Part shown: one piece after another, positions 19,300 through 28,482 of the stretch
Numbering within the stretch: position 1 is the stretch's first letter
Layout of the letters: the number at the start of each line of letters is the position of its first letter
Source: Elusimicrobiota bacterium
GTDB lineage: Bacteria > Elusimicrobiota > Elusimicrobia > UBA1565
Direction: 5' to 3'
NCBI GenBank assembly: GCA_043819795.1
Contig: JBDREN010000105.1
Coordinates: 1-54,514 of the forward strand
Length of the DNA stretch: 54,514 nt
Position numbers and translations under genes: made by a program
The notes under the pieces: model-generated
What the model saw: only the letters and a program-made list of their open reading frames with translations
Database searches by the model: none
What the model was told of the DNA's origin: nothing

Positions 19300-19390
19300 G
19301 ACATTCTGGTCCTGGTCAATGACAACGCGTTGACTAGAACGTAAGATTTAGGCTTATAAATAAGGAAGTTTTTTTATTTGTCAGCAGAAT
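19300..19390. promoter_or_regulatory. AT-rich island (ttgactagaacgtaagatttaggcttataaataaggaagtttttttatttgtcagcag) ~120-200 bp upstream of the giant gene start; candidate promoter/UP region
   Basis: The local AT-richness is striking in a ~70% GC background. TTGACT...TATAAA on plus and CTGACA...TATAAG on minus have non-ideal spacing, so no confident -35/-10 pair. Confidence 0.3.
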
Positions 19391-19585
19391 TCAGTGCTCA
19401 GCAGAGGCCGGATCCGCGGATCGGCCGACATCGCCGCAGGACCGGGCTTTCCTCGTCGGAAGACTCTTTAGGATGCGGCGCGACGCACATGCGCGCGTCT
19501 TCAGACGGACTGGAAAATGTCAGCAGCCCGCCCCAAAAGAGGAGCTCCGGGCGGGGGGAAGCACCTGGCCGCCGGGCCGGCTCAC

Positions 19586-20989
19586 CTATTCCCGGTCAAA
19601 GCCTTTGCCCGGGCGGACCTTGAGGACCATCCCCGGGCGGATGAGGCGGGGATCGCGGATATCGTTGAGGCGGGCGATGCTCTTCACTGTCGTCCGGTAG
19701 CGGCTCGCGATCTTGCCGAGATAGTCGCCTTTGCGAACCTGGTAGCGGACGAACTGCGGCCCGGGATTCCAATCCTTGACTTTCGCCAGCTCGGACAGGA
19801 AGGCGTCTTTCGTCCCCTTGGGGACGCGCAGCGGATAGCCCTTGCGTTTCTTCGGCGTGCACCAGGCCCTGAGCTCGGGATTGAGGCGCTGCAAGACCGC
19901 CTTTGTGGTCCCCGCGCACCTGGCGGCGATTTCGAGGTCGAGGTCTCTTTCGATGGCGACGATGTCGTAGGGCTCGGGCTTTTCGTACTCCACGTTCAGG
20001 CCGTAGCGCTCGGGATTCTCGCCGATGAGCACGCAGGCCATGAATTTCGGGACGTAGTGGTGGGTCTCTTGCGGGAGGGCGCCCCGTTCCGAAAGGGTGG
20101 CGAAGTCGGTGGCGCGGGAGAACTGGAGGTCCCGTCCGATGCCGTTCTCCCCGCGGTTGTAGGCGGCGATCGCCAGGTGCCAGTCCCCGAACCATTCGCG
20201 TAGCTCCGAGAGATAGCGGATGGCCGCCCGGGTCGCCTTCTCGGGGTCGTAGCGCTCGTCGACCCAGTAGGAGACCTCGAGGCCGTACCCCCGCCCCGTG
20301 AAGGGCATGAACTGCCACAGGCCCCCCGCGCCGGAGCGCGACAGGGCCTTGAGCTTGTACTCGCTCTCCGCCATCACGAGGTAGAAGAGCTCCTCGGGCA
20401 GGCGCGCCTTTCGCAAAGCCGATACGATCATGTCCCGGTAGCGGCCCGAGCGGGCGAGGGCCGCCGCCACATCGGCGGGCCGCTTGCTCGTGTAGAGATG
20501 GACGAACTTCTTGGTGGTCTCGTTGTCGGGGTCGATCTCGATGACGTGCGGCCGCGCGCGGGGCTCGGGGATGCCGTTCGCGGGCTCCGTTTGGAGCTCA
20601 TCGTCCCGGACGTCCAGGGTGGAGGGGCTCTCCGTGTTCTGCTGGGCGCCTTCCCAGGTCCGGACCTTCTCGAGCATGCCGAGAAAGTCCTCCCGAAGCT
20701 CGGTCGGGAGCCCGTCCTCCTCCAAGAGGGACGTCAGGATGGCGAAGGAGCGCTCCAGGCGGGCGCGGCCGTCGTGGATCCGGCCTTCGCGGAAGTCCTC
20801 GAGGCCCGCGTCGTAGTGCTGTCCGGCCTTGTGGAGACGATCGAGCAGCAGCACCTCGGGATCTTCGGGCTGCGCGACGACGGGCTCTTGCCGCGGGTCC
20901 GGGACGGGAGCTTCCTGGGCGGACACGCACCGGTGGGCGCGGCAGAAGAGGACCGCCAGCAGGATGGCCAGGACGCGGATCAGTTTCAT
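19586..20989 (-). CDS. mltD: Membrane-bound lytic murein transglycosylase (SLT domain) with C-terminal LysM domain, MltD-like; signal peptide
   Basis: ESEYKLKALSRSGAGGLWQFMPFTGRGYGL...AAYNRGENGIG (SLT catalytic core); YQVRKGDYLGKIASRYRTTVKSIARLNDIRDPRLIRPGMVLKV (LysM); N-terminal MKLIRVLAILLAVLF. Confidence 0.85.
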   Translation of the reverse strand: MKLIRVLAILLAVLFCRAHRCVSAQEAPVPDPRQEPVVAQPEDPEVLLLDRLHKAGQHYDAGLEDFREGRIHDGRARLERSFAILTSLLEEDGLPTELREDFLGMLEKVRTWEGAQQNTESPSTLDVRDDELQTEPANGIPEPRARPHVIEIDPDNETTKKFVHLYTSKRPADVAAALARSGRYRDMIVSALRKARLPEELFYLVMAESEYKLKALSRSGAGGLWQFMPFTGRGYGLEVSYWVDERYDPEKATRAAIRYLSELREWFGDWHLAIAAYNRGENGIGRDLQFSRATDFATLSERGALPQETHHYVPKFMACVLIGENPERYGLNVEYEKPEPYDIVAIERDLDLEIAARCAGTTKAVLQRLNPELRAWCTPKKRKGYPLRVPKGTKDAFLSELAKVKDWNPGPQFVRYQVRKGDYLGKIASRYRTTVKSIARLNDIRDPRLIRPGMVLKVRPGKGFDRE

Positions 20990-21198
20990 ATCGTCGCTTA
21001 TCTTATCAAACCTGCCGCGGGCCGCGGAAATGAGGGTGCGATGCGGGCGCCTCGTTTGAAGGGGTGCTCTGGCCCGGTCACCGACTGTATGCCACGGGCC
21101 GCTAAGCCCTGCCCGCCTCCGGCGGGCGATCCCTTGATAACTCAGCGGTGCGAGCGACCGGTCGGCGCTTCGCGCAACCGGCGCTGACCCCGCCGAAA

Positions 21199-21236
21199 GA
21201 AGAGCGCTCCCGGGCTTGGGCCCGGGAGCGCTCTTC
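21199..21236 (-). terminator. Rho-independent terminator candidate downstream of the SPFH gene: 17-bp perfect stem gaagagcgctcccgggc/gcccgggagcgctcttc, loop ttgg, then CUUCUUUCGG on the transcript
   Basis: Perfect inverted repeat read in sequence ~25 nt past the stop at 21260; U-rich tail on the minus strand. Confidence 0.6.
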
Positions 21237-21259
21237 GGAAGGCTTGGTGTCCGGTGGGC

Positions 21260-22390
21260 TCAGCCGAGCTTCTGGCCGCAGGAGCCGCAGAACTTGGCGG
21301 CTCCGGGGACCTGCGCGTTGCACTTCGGGCAGGCGTGCGAGCCGAGGCGCTTGCCGCAGTTCGCGCAGAACTTCGCTCCGGCGGCCACGTCGCCGTTGCA
21401 GCCGGGGCACTTGGCTGTGGGCGCGACGACCGGCCCGCCGCATTCCGGGCAGAACTTCGCCGTGGCCGGGACCTGCGCCTTGCAGGAGCCGCAGGCGACC
21501 ACCTGCCGGGGCGAGGCTGTCGCCACCTGCCCCATGACGCCGGCCATCATGCCGCCCATGCCCGCGCCGGCGCCGAGGCCCATGCCGAGGCCCATGCCCC
21601 CGCCCATGGCGCCGCCCTCGCTGCCCGCGGCCGTTTCCATGGTGTCGAAGGTGCGCTTCATCCGGTAGTTCTGGCCGCCGAGGATGTCGATCTCGGCCTT
21701 CTCGGAGAGCGCCTTCTTCAGGCGCTTGACGGTGTCGTCGTCCTCCGGGACGTTGACGGAGTTGAGGAAGAAGTTTACGAGGTGGATGCCGAAGGCGGCG
21801 AAGTCCTTGCCGATCTTCTTCTGCAGGTCCGCGGAGATCTCCTCGAGATAGGCGGTGATCTCGAGGAGATTGACCTTTTTCTTGATGATCGTCTCGGCGA
21901 TGTAGTCCTTGGCCTTGGTGAGGATGATCCCGCGGAAGTAGTTCGTCATCGTGGCGATGGTGAACTCGGTCATCGTGCCGGAGAGCTGCACGACGAACTT
22001 GCGCGAGTCCTGGACGCGCACGCCGAACTGTCCGAAGGCCCGGACCGGGAGGAAGATGTTGTATTTCGGGTCGAGGATCGGGATCGGCGACTTGGTCCCC
22101 CACTTGACGTCGAGGTTCGTGGCCTTGTTGACGTAGTAGATCTCGGCCGCGAAGGGCGTCTCTCCGCCGAACGGCATCTTGATGAAGCGCCTCAGGAGCG
22201 GGATGTTGGAGGTCCGCAGCGTATGGGTGCCCGGGCCGAGCACGTCGAGAGCCTGGCCGCCCTTGAAGAAGATGGCCTCCTGGGACTGGTGCACGATGAC
22301 CTGCGTGCCCCAGGTGAGGTCGTCCGGGGGATGCTTCCAGACGAGAACGTCCGCCGGGCCTTGGTACTTTACTCGATCGATGATCGCCAT
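21260..22390 (-). CDS. SPFH/band-7-like domain protein with C-terminal Gly/Met-rich linker and 3-4 tandem zinc ribbons
   Basis: The N-terminal MAIIDRVKYQGPADVLVWKHP... resembles SPFH (Band_7_1-type). The C-terminus ACGSCKAQVPATAKFCPECGGPVVAPTAKCPGCNGDVAAGAKFCANCGKRLGSHACPKCNAQVPGAAKFCGSCGQKLG has repeated CxxC...CxxCG. SD GAGGAGGA upstream. Confidence 0.6.
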   Translation of the reverse strand: MAIIDRVKYQGPADVLVWKHPPDDLTWGTQVIVHQSQEAIFFKGGQALDVLGPGTHTLRTSNIPLLRRFIKMPFGGETPFAAEIYYVNKATNLDVKWGTKSPIPILDPKYNIFLPVRAFGQFGVRVQDSRKFVVQLSGTMTEFTIATMTNYFRGIILTKAKDYIAETIIKKKVNLLEITAYLEEISADLQKKIGKDFAAFGIHLVNFFLNSVNVPEDDDTVKRLKKALSEKAEIDILGGQNYRMKRTFDTMETAAGSEGGAMGGGMGLGMGLGAGAGMGGMMAGVMGQVATASPRQVVACGSCKAQVPATAKFCPECGGPVVAPTAKCPGCNGDVAAGAKFCANCGKRLGSHACPKCNAQVPGAAKFCGSCGQKLG

Positions 22391-22457
22391 ATCCGATCCT
22401 CCTCGAAGATGCTGCCTCTATGTTGATACTTCGCGGCGCCGGTTGTCAAGGCGGATG

Positions 22458-23240
22458 TCACCCCATCCGGGCCTTCAGGGAGGCCAGCATCCTGGCGACG
22501 GCCCCGTTCGAGGGGTCGAGCTCGTGGGCCTTCTCCAGGTTCTGGCGGGCGAGCTTGAGCTGGCCGAGGTGCTTCAGGAGCAGCCCCAGGCGGATGTAGA
22601 CCTTCGGCTCCTGCAGGCCGAAGTCGCGGGCCGCGCGGTACATCTTGACGGCGTTCTCCGCCTGGCGGGCGCGCTCGAGGGTCTCGGCGGAGAGGAAGTA
22701 GATGTGCTTGAGGTGGTCCTTGACGGCGAGCTCCTTGGCCTTCTGGAGCGTGCGCAGGGCCTCGCGCAGATGGTCTTCGCCCCGGGCCGAACGGGAGCGC
22801 GCGGCCCCGTTGTAGATGTGAAGGAGGCTGAGGGCCTCCTTCATCTTCGGGTTGAGCTTAACGGCCCGCTCCGCGTGCTGCTTGACGCACATGTTCGTCC
22901 AGCCGCGCCAGAGGGCGTAGTTCATCGCCTGCAGGTACTGCACCTCCCCCGAGATCGGGGCGTGCTCCGCCGCCTTGCGCAGGTGCTCGGCGGCCTCCTT
23001 GTGGAGCTTGCGCTTCACGTAATAGGCGGCCATGCCGAAATGGGCGTCGGGGTCATCGGGGTCCTCCCGGAGCTTCTTCTTGAACTCCAAGAATGCGCGG
23101 TCGAGCTGCGGCTTGCCGGCGCGCAGCAGGCCGAGCCCGCCCAGCCCGTGGACGATGGCGGCCCCGCAGAACTCGCAATGATCGACGTCCGACGAGTTCG
23201 GAGCCCCGCAGGCCGTGCAGCGGTCGGGATGCGCGCTCAT
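22458..23240 (-). CDS. N-terminal zinc-ribbon + TPR-repeat protein; start ATG overlaps the stop of the upstream Tim44-like gene (ATGA)
   Basis: MSAHPDRCTACGAPNSSDVDHCEFCGAAIV... then TPR-like helical repeats (…AAYYVKRKLHKEAAEHLRKAAE…YIRLGLLLKHLGQLKLARQNLEKAHELDP). It is the 3' part of track ORF 22458..25259, whose upstream part is out-of-frame junk. Confidence 0.65.
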   Translation of the reverse strand: MSAHPDRCTACGAPNSSDVDHCEFCGAAIVHGLGGLGLLRAGKPQLDRAFLEFKKKLREDPDDPDAHFGMAAYYVKRKLHKEAAEHLRKAAEHAPISGEVQYLQAMNYALWRGWTNMCVKQHAERAVKLNPKMKEALSLLHIYNGAARSRSARGEDHLREALRTLQKAKELAVKDHLKHIYFLSAETLERARQAENAVKMYRAARDFGLQEPKVYIRLGLLLKHLGQLKLARQNLEKAHELDPSNGAVARMLASLKARMG

Positions 23241-25222
23241 GGTCGCTCCTCCGGGGCCGAGAGCGCCTGCTTGGCCTTCCGGTACATGGCCGTGCGCTCC
23301 TCGTCGACCAAGGCCTTCACCTGGGCCGGCTGGAGCCGCATCCGCTGCCCGAAGGCCAGCAGCGCCTTCATCTCGGCGCTCGATATGCTCCCGTCGGCGA
23401 GGCTCATCTGGATGAGTCCGCCGAGATAGGCCCGGGCCTGGCTCGCGTCTTTCGGGCGGGGGACCTCGAGCCGGCCGGCCTGGGCCGCCCGCACCAGGGA
23501 CTGGATCCTGTCGGGCGGGATCCGATGCTTCCGGGCGTAGGACTGGGCGAAGGAAAGCTCGCGCTTGTCTATCTGCCCGTCCATGACCATCGCGCCGACG
23601 AGGATCGCCAAGGCGTCCGTCGGTCCCAGGGCCGAGGCCCAGTCCCCGTCGCCGTCCCCGCCTCCGGCGGGACTGGGCGCCCCGGCGGCTCCGGCCGCCC
23701 CGGCGGCGACCGGACGGGGCACGGCGCGCGGCCGCCACATCATGCGCGGCACCACCGAGACGACGATCCACTGGCGGCTGCCGTCGTTGAACGGCGTGCT
23801 GCAGTACTCGCAGGCGGCCAGACGGCGGTCCGAAGGCGGAGCCCCGCAGTTGCCGCAGCGCAGCGAGCGCAGCCCGGCGCCCGGATTCGTCACGGCGCCG
23901 CTCTTGCGGCCCAGGACGAATACGTGGGCCCGCAGGACCTGGCCCTTGGAGACCGGCTTGCCGTCCGAGACCAGGAAGCGCTCGGCCGACCAGCGGACCT
24001 GCACGTGCGCCCGGTCGACGTCGCTCTTCGGCTCGCAGGCGAGCGTCTCCACTCCGCCCACGGCCGCGTTCTTGTAGAGGACCTGCTCCCCCTGCCGCTG
24101 CCGCACGAAGGAGTCGCGGAATTCGTCGGCGGCCACGCTGCGAAGAGACTCGCCGTGGGGCTCCCAGTGGGCGAGCTGCCAGCGCCAGAACGCCACCGAG
24201 GCGCGGTCCTCCAGGAACTGGACGTTCAGCTCGGGGTCCCGCCGCGCCATCTCGGCGAGGCCCGGCACCGCGCGTCCGGGGTCCCTGAGCTTCCACTCGC
24301 AGGATTGGGTGATCTCGGAGAGCACCCAGTCGTACTCCCCGGAGTTCACCAGGGACTCGCAGCTGCCGCACTTGGCCGCGTCCGCGATCCGCAGAGGCGC
24401 GCCGCAGTTCGGGCAGTGCCCCTCGATGAGGCCGGGCTTCTGGAGGGTCTTCGCGCCGGGCCGCCTCAGCAACGACCAGACTTCGACGAACTCCTCGGCC
24501 CGCTTGCCGCTGTTGCGCAGCACGCTCCCGTCCTTGAGCGAGACGTCGGTGTCCACGGCGGAGGCGCGGACGCCGACGTGGATCGTGTCGAAGTGCTTGT
24601 CCGATTCGACCTGGACGACCCGCGCCTCGATGATCCGCACCTGCTCCATGCTGTTGCGCAGGCCCAGGGCCTTCTGCATGTCGATCTGGATGGAGAAGCG
24701 TTCTATCACCCCGTCGGAGACGAAGGCCCGGGCCGGGGACATGTCCTGGCCGGACCAGGCCTGCTGGATCTTCAGGAAGGCCGCGCCGACCCGGGACAGG
24801 AACCCCGCCTCCTCGAACCCCGGATCCCGCTTCTTGAGGCCGGCGAGGTTGGCCCGCTTCCGGAGGTCGCGCTGGGCCGCGGCCCCGCGGACGATGGTAT
24901 GCCCGACGTAGGCGGACTTCCCCTTCGTGCCCGTGAAGTACATGAAGCCGAGGAAGACGGCCACCGCCGGGATGCCGAAGGCCGGGTAGCGGACGGCCAA
25001 GTAGACGAGGTCGATGATGAAGCCCCCGCCGCCCCCGCCCCCGTAGCCGCTCCCGCCGCTGTAGCCGCCCCCGCCGCTGTAGCCGCCCCCGGAGCCGCCG
25101 CCGGAGTAGCTGTGGCCGCCGCCCGCGCGGCCGTAGGCCAGGGGCGCGGCCAAGGCCAGGACCGCGGCCAATAGCCCGGCGCGGCAAACCCAGGGTGCGC
25201 GGAGGGCTCTCAGATATCTCAC
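23237..25222 (-). CDS. Membrane protein with Gly/Tyr-rich N-terminus, TM segment, two Tim44-like (NTF2-fold) domains each followed by a zinc ribbon, and C-terminal TerB-like domain
   Basis: Gly/Tyr-rich N-terminus followed by TM FIIDLVYLAVRYPAFGIPAVAVFLGFMYF. Zinc ribbons CPNCGAPLRIADAAKCGSCESLV and CGNCGAPPSDRRLAACEYCSTPF. C-terminal DGQIDKRELSFAQSYARKHRI...SLADGSISSAEMKALLAFG is TerB-like. Domain names assigned by eye. Confidence 0.5.
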   Translation of the reverse strand: MRYLRALRAPWVCRAGLLAAVLALAAPLAYGRAGGGHSYSGGGSGGGYSGGGGYSGGSGYGGGGGGGFIIDLVYLAVRYPAFGIPAVAVFLGFMYFTGTKGKSAYVGHTIVRGAAAQRDLRKRANLAGLKKRDPGFEEAGFLSRVGAAFLKIQQAWSGQDMSPARAFVSDGVIERFSIQIDMQKALGLRNSMEQVRIIEARVVQVESDKHFDTIHVGVRASAVDTDVSLKDGSVLRNSGKRAEEFVEVWSLLRRPGAKTLQKPGLIEGHCPNCGAPLRIADAAKCGSCESLVNSGEYDWVLSEITQSCEWKLRDPGRAVPGLAEMARRDPELNVQFLEDRASVAFWRWQLAHWEPHGESLRSVAADEFRDSFVRQRQGEQVLYKNAAVGGVETLACEPKSDVDRAHVQVRWSAERFLVSDGKPVSKGQVLRAHVFVLGRKSGAVTNPGAGLRSLRCGNCGAPPSDRRLAACEYCSTPFNDGSRQWIVVSVVPRMMWRPRAVPRPVAAGAAGAAGAPSPAGGGDGDGDWASALGPTDALAILVGAMVMDGQIDKRELSFAQSYARKHRIPPDRIQSLVRAAQAGRLEVPRPKDASQARAYLGGLIQMSLADGSISSAEMKALLAFGQRMRLQPAQVKALVDEERTAMYRKAKQALSAPEERP

Positions 25223-25293
25223 GATTCTTATTTATAGACCTCTGGCCGGGTCCTGTCAATAGCGCCGGAAGCGGACCGCCCGGATTTGCTTAA

Positions 25294-27378
25294 ATGGCGT
25301 GGATGCGCCGGCCGCTGCGCCTTTTCCTGAGCCTCATTTTGTCGGTCCCGCCCGGCGCGTTCGCGGACGAGGGGATGTGGACCTTCGACAACCCTCCCCG
25401 CGACCTGATCGCGCGGCGCTACGGCTTCTCGCCGGACCAGGCATGGCTCGAGCACGCCCGCCTGGCCTCGCTGCGCTTCAACGACGGGGGCTCCGGATCG
25501 TTCGTCTCCCCCGAAGGGCTCGTCCTCACCAACCACCACGTGGCGATGGGCCAGCTCCAGAAGATGTCGACGCCCCGGAAGGACTATGTCCGCGACGGCT
25601 TTTTCGCGCGCGCCCGCGCGGAAGAGATCCCCTGCCCGGACCTCGAGATCAACCAGCTGGTCTCCTTCGATGACGTCACGCGGCGCGTGCACTCGGCCAT
25701 CGAGCCCGGCGTCGACGAGAAGCGGGCCAACGAGCAGCGCAAGGCGGAGACCGCCCGCATCGAGAAGGAATGCGCGGACGCCACGGGGCTGCGCTGCGAC
25801 GTCGTGGAGTTCTATCAAGGCGGGGAATACTGGCTCTACCGGTACAAGAAGCGCACGGACGTCCGCCTCGTCATGGCGCCCGAGATCGACGCGGCCTTCT
25901 TCGGCGGCGACTACGACAACTTCACCTATCCGCGCTTCGCCCTGGACTTCGCGTTCTTCCGGGTCTACGAGGACGGCGAGCCTGTCCGGCCCGAGCGCCG
26001 CTTCGCGTGGCGCCCGGGCGGGGCCAAGGAGGGGGAGCTGACCTTCGTCTTCGGCCATCCCGGCTCCACCAAGCGCCTGCGCACCGTCGCCCAGCTCGCC
26101 TTCGAGCGGGACCACGGCGCGCCCGCCATGCTGAGCTCGTTCCTGCGCGAGCGGGCGGCCCTGCGGGAGTACGCCGGGAAGGGGGGCGAGCAGGCCCGAC
26201 GGGCCAAGAGCAGCCTGTTCGGCGTCGAGAACGCCATCAAGGCGCTCGCCGGGATGCGGGAGGGCCTTTCCGATCCGGAGACTTTCGAGAAGAAGAAAGA
26301 GGAGGAGCGCCTCCTGCGCGAGCGCGCGGCCGCGGACCCCCTGCCGGCCGGGAAGGCGGCCGGAGCCTGGGACCGCATCGCCGGCGCGCAGGCCGAGGTC
26401 GCTTCCGCGTTCCCGCGCCTCCGGCACTACATGGGTTCGTCGCGGCGGGGGCACGCATTGACGGGCATCGCGGAGACCATCGTGCGCTACGTGGTCGAGG
26501 TCGAGAAGCCGAACGAGGACCGCTACGAGGAGTTCCGGGATTCCGCGCTCGAGTCCCTGCGCTTCCGGCTCTTCTCGCCGGCGCCGGTCTACAAGGACCT
26601 GGACGAAGCTCTTTTGGCCAGCCGCCTGCGGGAGTACCTCGACGACCTGGGCCGCGACGACCCCTTCGTGGCCGACCTGCTGGGGTCCACGTCGCCGGCC
26701 AAGGCGGCCGAGGCCGCGCTCGCGGCGACCCGTCTCGAGGACGTGGAGTTTCGCAGGAGCCTGGTGGAGGGAGGCCCGGCCGCCGTCGAGCGGACGGACG
26801 ATTCCCTCATCGCGTTCGCCCGGCGCGTCGATCCCCACTACAGGAGGCTGCGGGACTGGTACGAGGACGAGATCCAGAGCGTCGTGACGCGCGCCGGGCG
26901 GCGGATCGCCAAGGCCCGCTTCGCCCTCTACGGGAAGAACACGTACCCCGACGCGACCTTCACCCTTCGCCTGAGCTACGGCAAGCCGGCCTCCTACGAA
27001 CTGGGGACGACCCGCGTGCCGTACAAGACCGTCTTCGGCGGGCTATACGCCCGGGCCGACAGCTTCGACAACGAGCCGCCGTTCCGCCTGAGCCCGCGCG
27101 TAGCCGCGGCGCGCGGCGAGGTGGACCTATCCGTCCCCCTCGACTTCGTCACCGACCATGACATCATCGGCGGCAACTCGGGGAGCCCGGTCGTCAACAA
27201 GGACCTCGAGGTAGTGGGGCTGATCTTCGACTCGAACATCCACGGCCTCGTGACGAAATACGCCTATACCGAAGCCCGGGCCCGGGCGGTCGCGGTCCAT
27301 TCGAGCGCGATCCTCGAGGCCCTGCGCGGCGTATACGGGATGGAGTATCTCGCGCGGGAGCTGACGGGAGAAGAGTAA
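25294..27378 (+). CDS. S46-family dipeptidyl-peptidase (DPP7/DPP11/DAP BII-like serine peptidase), secreted
   Basis: Hallmark N-terminal DEGMWTFDNPP, catalytic region HHVAMGQL and IIGGNSGSPVVN, signal peptide, 694 aa. Confidence 0.85.
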   Translation: MAWMRRPLRLFLSLILSVPPGAFADEGMWTFDNPPRDLIARRYGFSPDQAWLEHARLASLRFNDGGSGSFVSPEGLVLTNHHVAMGQLQKMSTPRKDYVRDGFFARARAEEIPCPDLEINQLVSFDDVTRRVHSAIEPGVDEKRANEQRKAETARIEKECADATGLRCDVVEFYQGGEYWLYRYKKRTDVRLVMAPEIDAAFFGGDYDNFTYPRFALDFAFFRVYEDGEPVRPERRFAWRPGGAKEGELTFVFGHPGSTKRLRTVAQLAFERDHGAPAMLSSFLRERAALREYAGKGGEQARRAKSSLFGVENAIKALAGMREGLSDPETFEKKKEEERLLRERAAADPLPAGKAAGAWDRIAGAQAEVASAFPRLRHYMGSSRRGHALTGIAETIVRYVVEVEKPNEDRYEEFRDSALESLRFRLFSPAPVYKDLDEALLASRLREYLDDLGRDDPFVADLLGSTSPAKAAEAALAATRLEDVEFRRSLVEGGPAAVERTDDSLIAFARRVDPHYRRLRDWYEDEIQSVVTRAGRRIAKARFALYGKNTYPDATFTLRLSYGKPASYELGTTRVPYKTVFGGLYARADSFDNEPPFRLSPRVAAARGEVDLSVPLDFVTDHDIIGGNSGSPVVNKDLEVVGLIFDSNIHGLVTKYAYTEARARAVAVHSSAILEALRGVYGMEYLARELTGEE

Positions 27379-27509
27379 GGCGGGCACTGGAAGGACAACG
27401 GCATTCTTGCGACGGAGTTCCCGATAACGAAGGGGACTGAGCGCCGCAAGGCGAGCTTGCGGCGCTTACTTGGGCTGCTCCTGGCTCTCCATCACCTGCT
27501 GCAGGAGCT
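27378..27509. repeat. Direct repeat copy 1 (132 bp, perfect) = att-like site; contains a 10-bp-stem hairpin gcgccgcaag-gcgag-cttgcggcgc
   Basis: Identical to 29061-29192 base for base. Confidence 0.95.
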
Positions 27510-27927
27510 TCTGGGCGGATGCGACGTTCGACGATGAGGGAAAGCGCGCTGGGATGAAGCAGCGGGCGATACGGAGCGCGGCAGGTGAGAAGGACGTGAG
27601 GGCTCGATGAACGCGAAAGAAGGTCCGCAAAGCCGATTGCATCGAGCGGCGCGCCGCTCGGCCCATCCGCTGGGCATACGCCAGGAAGAAGGCTTCTACT
27701 TGCTCGGCATCCAGCCGTTTTAAACCGGGGACCGAAGGGAGACGGCGCGCAGTCAGACGGGATGCATCGGCATCCAGAAATGGGAAGTTATTCTTGCGCG
27801 AACCCTCAGGAACGTCAGGTCCAAGCCCCGGAGAGGCGAAGATGGGACACGGTCTTCCCCGGCAAACCCCCGGGCCCTTGACAGCGCAAGGGTCGCCGCC
27901 TAGACTGATTATGCCTCGGCCGGCCAC
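27510..27927 (-). pseudogene. Truncated tyrosine-recombinase/integrase N-terminal (SAM-like) fragment fused in-frame to the duplicated Yip1 3' end (chimeric ORF 27466..27927)
   Basis: LKRLDAEQVEAFFLAYAQRMGRAARRSMQSALRTFFRVH resembles the integrase N-terminal core-binding motif (…Y..L..FF.fL), followed by non-integrase sequence and then …LLQQVMESQEQPK from the repeat. No catalytic domain is present. Confidence 0.35.
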
Positions 27928-28037
27928 CCGATGAAAGAACGGCCTGCCGGGAAAGGAACGCCGGAAAACATGCGGCTTTCACATAGGCTGGCGCGGGGGC
28001 GGGGAGTGCGGCGCTGGCATCCGAAAGGGGAGGCGCG

Positions 28038-28475
28038 TTGCTGCCTCGGGTTCAGCAGGAGGGGCTGAGGACGTCGAGTCCGCCGCCTCCTGAGTCCCGT
28101 CGTGTGTCAGATGCAGGCTCTCGTCCTGATGATGATGAACCGGGCATGGTCAGTCGAGCGGTTTCCTTGGTCGGATCAAAAACGCGGCGAGGAAGCAGTT
28201 CCGCCAAAGACGATGGGTCTGGCTCAGGCTCATCGGACTCGAAGGGATTGGGCGCAGCCAAACGGGCGGCGCTGCATGGGGTAATATTCGGGGGCATTGT
28301 CGGTCTAGTAGCTGGGGGGGTCAGTCTTGGCCCCCCGGGCGCTGTCGGTGGAGGTCTCCTGGGCGTCGTCGTCGGGGCGGCGGTGGGGTGGTATTATGGC
28401 CACCATCATGACGCGATTTGGAGTGGAATAGGCAGGGATCTGAACGAGTTCGAACGGGACCAATTCGGGAACTAG
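28038..28475 (+). CDS. Small protein with hydrophilic Ser/Gly/Asp-rich N-terminal region and C-terminal glycine-zipper transmembrane segment
   Basis: TTG start with strong SD AAAGGGGAGG 5 nt upstream. C-terminus GVIFGGIVGLVAGGVSLGPPGAVGGGLLGVVVGAAVGWYYGHHHD has repeated GxxxG. Lower GC than the host. Confidence 0.55.
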   Translation: MLPRVQQEGLRTSSPPPPESRRVSDAGSRPDDDEPGMVSRAVSLVGSKTRRGSSSAKDDGSGSGSSDSKGLGAAKRAALHGVIFGGIVGLVAGGVSLGPPGAVGGGLLGVVVGAAVGWYYGHHHDAIWSGIGRDLNEFERDQFGN

Positions 28476-28482
28476 AAGAAAC

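Noticed and set aside
1390-19344. Very long plus-strand ORFs 1390..6207 (1605 aa), 9064..13632 (1522 aa), 15664..19344 (1226 aa), 7003..7923, 7960..9048, 13933..15543, and Arg/Gly-rich minus-strand ORFs (485..2251, 6689..8578, 9566..10720, 12926..14755, 14795..16405)
   Set aside because: These have low-complexity R/G/V/P/H-rich translations typical of off-frame or antisense reading of high-GC coding DNA. They all lie inside the single minus-strand giant ORF, whose true frame gives coherent domain sequence. They are shadows, useful only for revealing the super-repeat homology.
22458-25259. 933-aa minus ORF 22458..25259
   Set aside because: Only its last 260 codons (from ATG 23240) are a real gene, the Zn-ribbon/TPR protein. 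The upstream 670 codons are an out-of-frame overlap with the genuine Tim44-like gene 23237..25222.
27466-27927. 153-aa ORF as an intact gene
   Set aside because: Its C-terminal 14 residues are identical to the Yip1 C-terminus because it reads into the 132-bp direct repeat. The integrase-like stretch is short and truncated, so it is treated as a pseudogene or chimeric remnant rather than a functional CDS.
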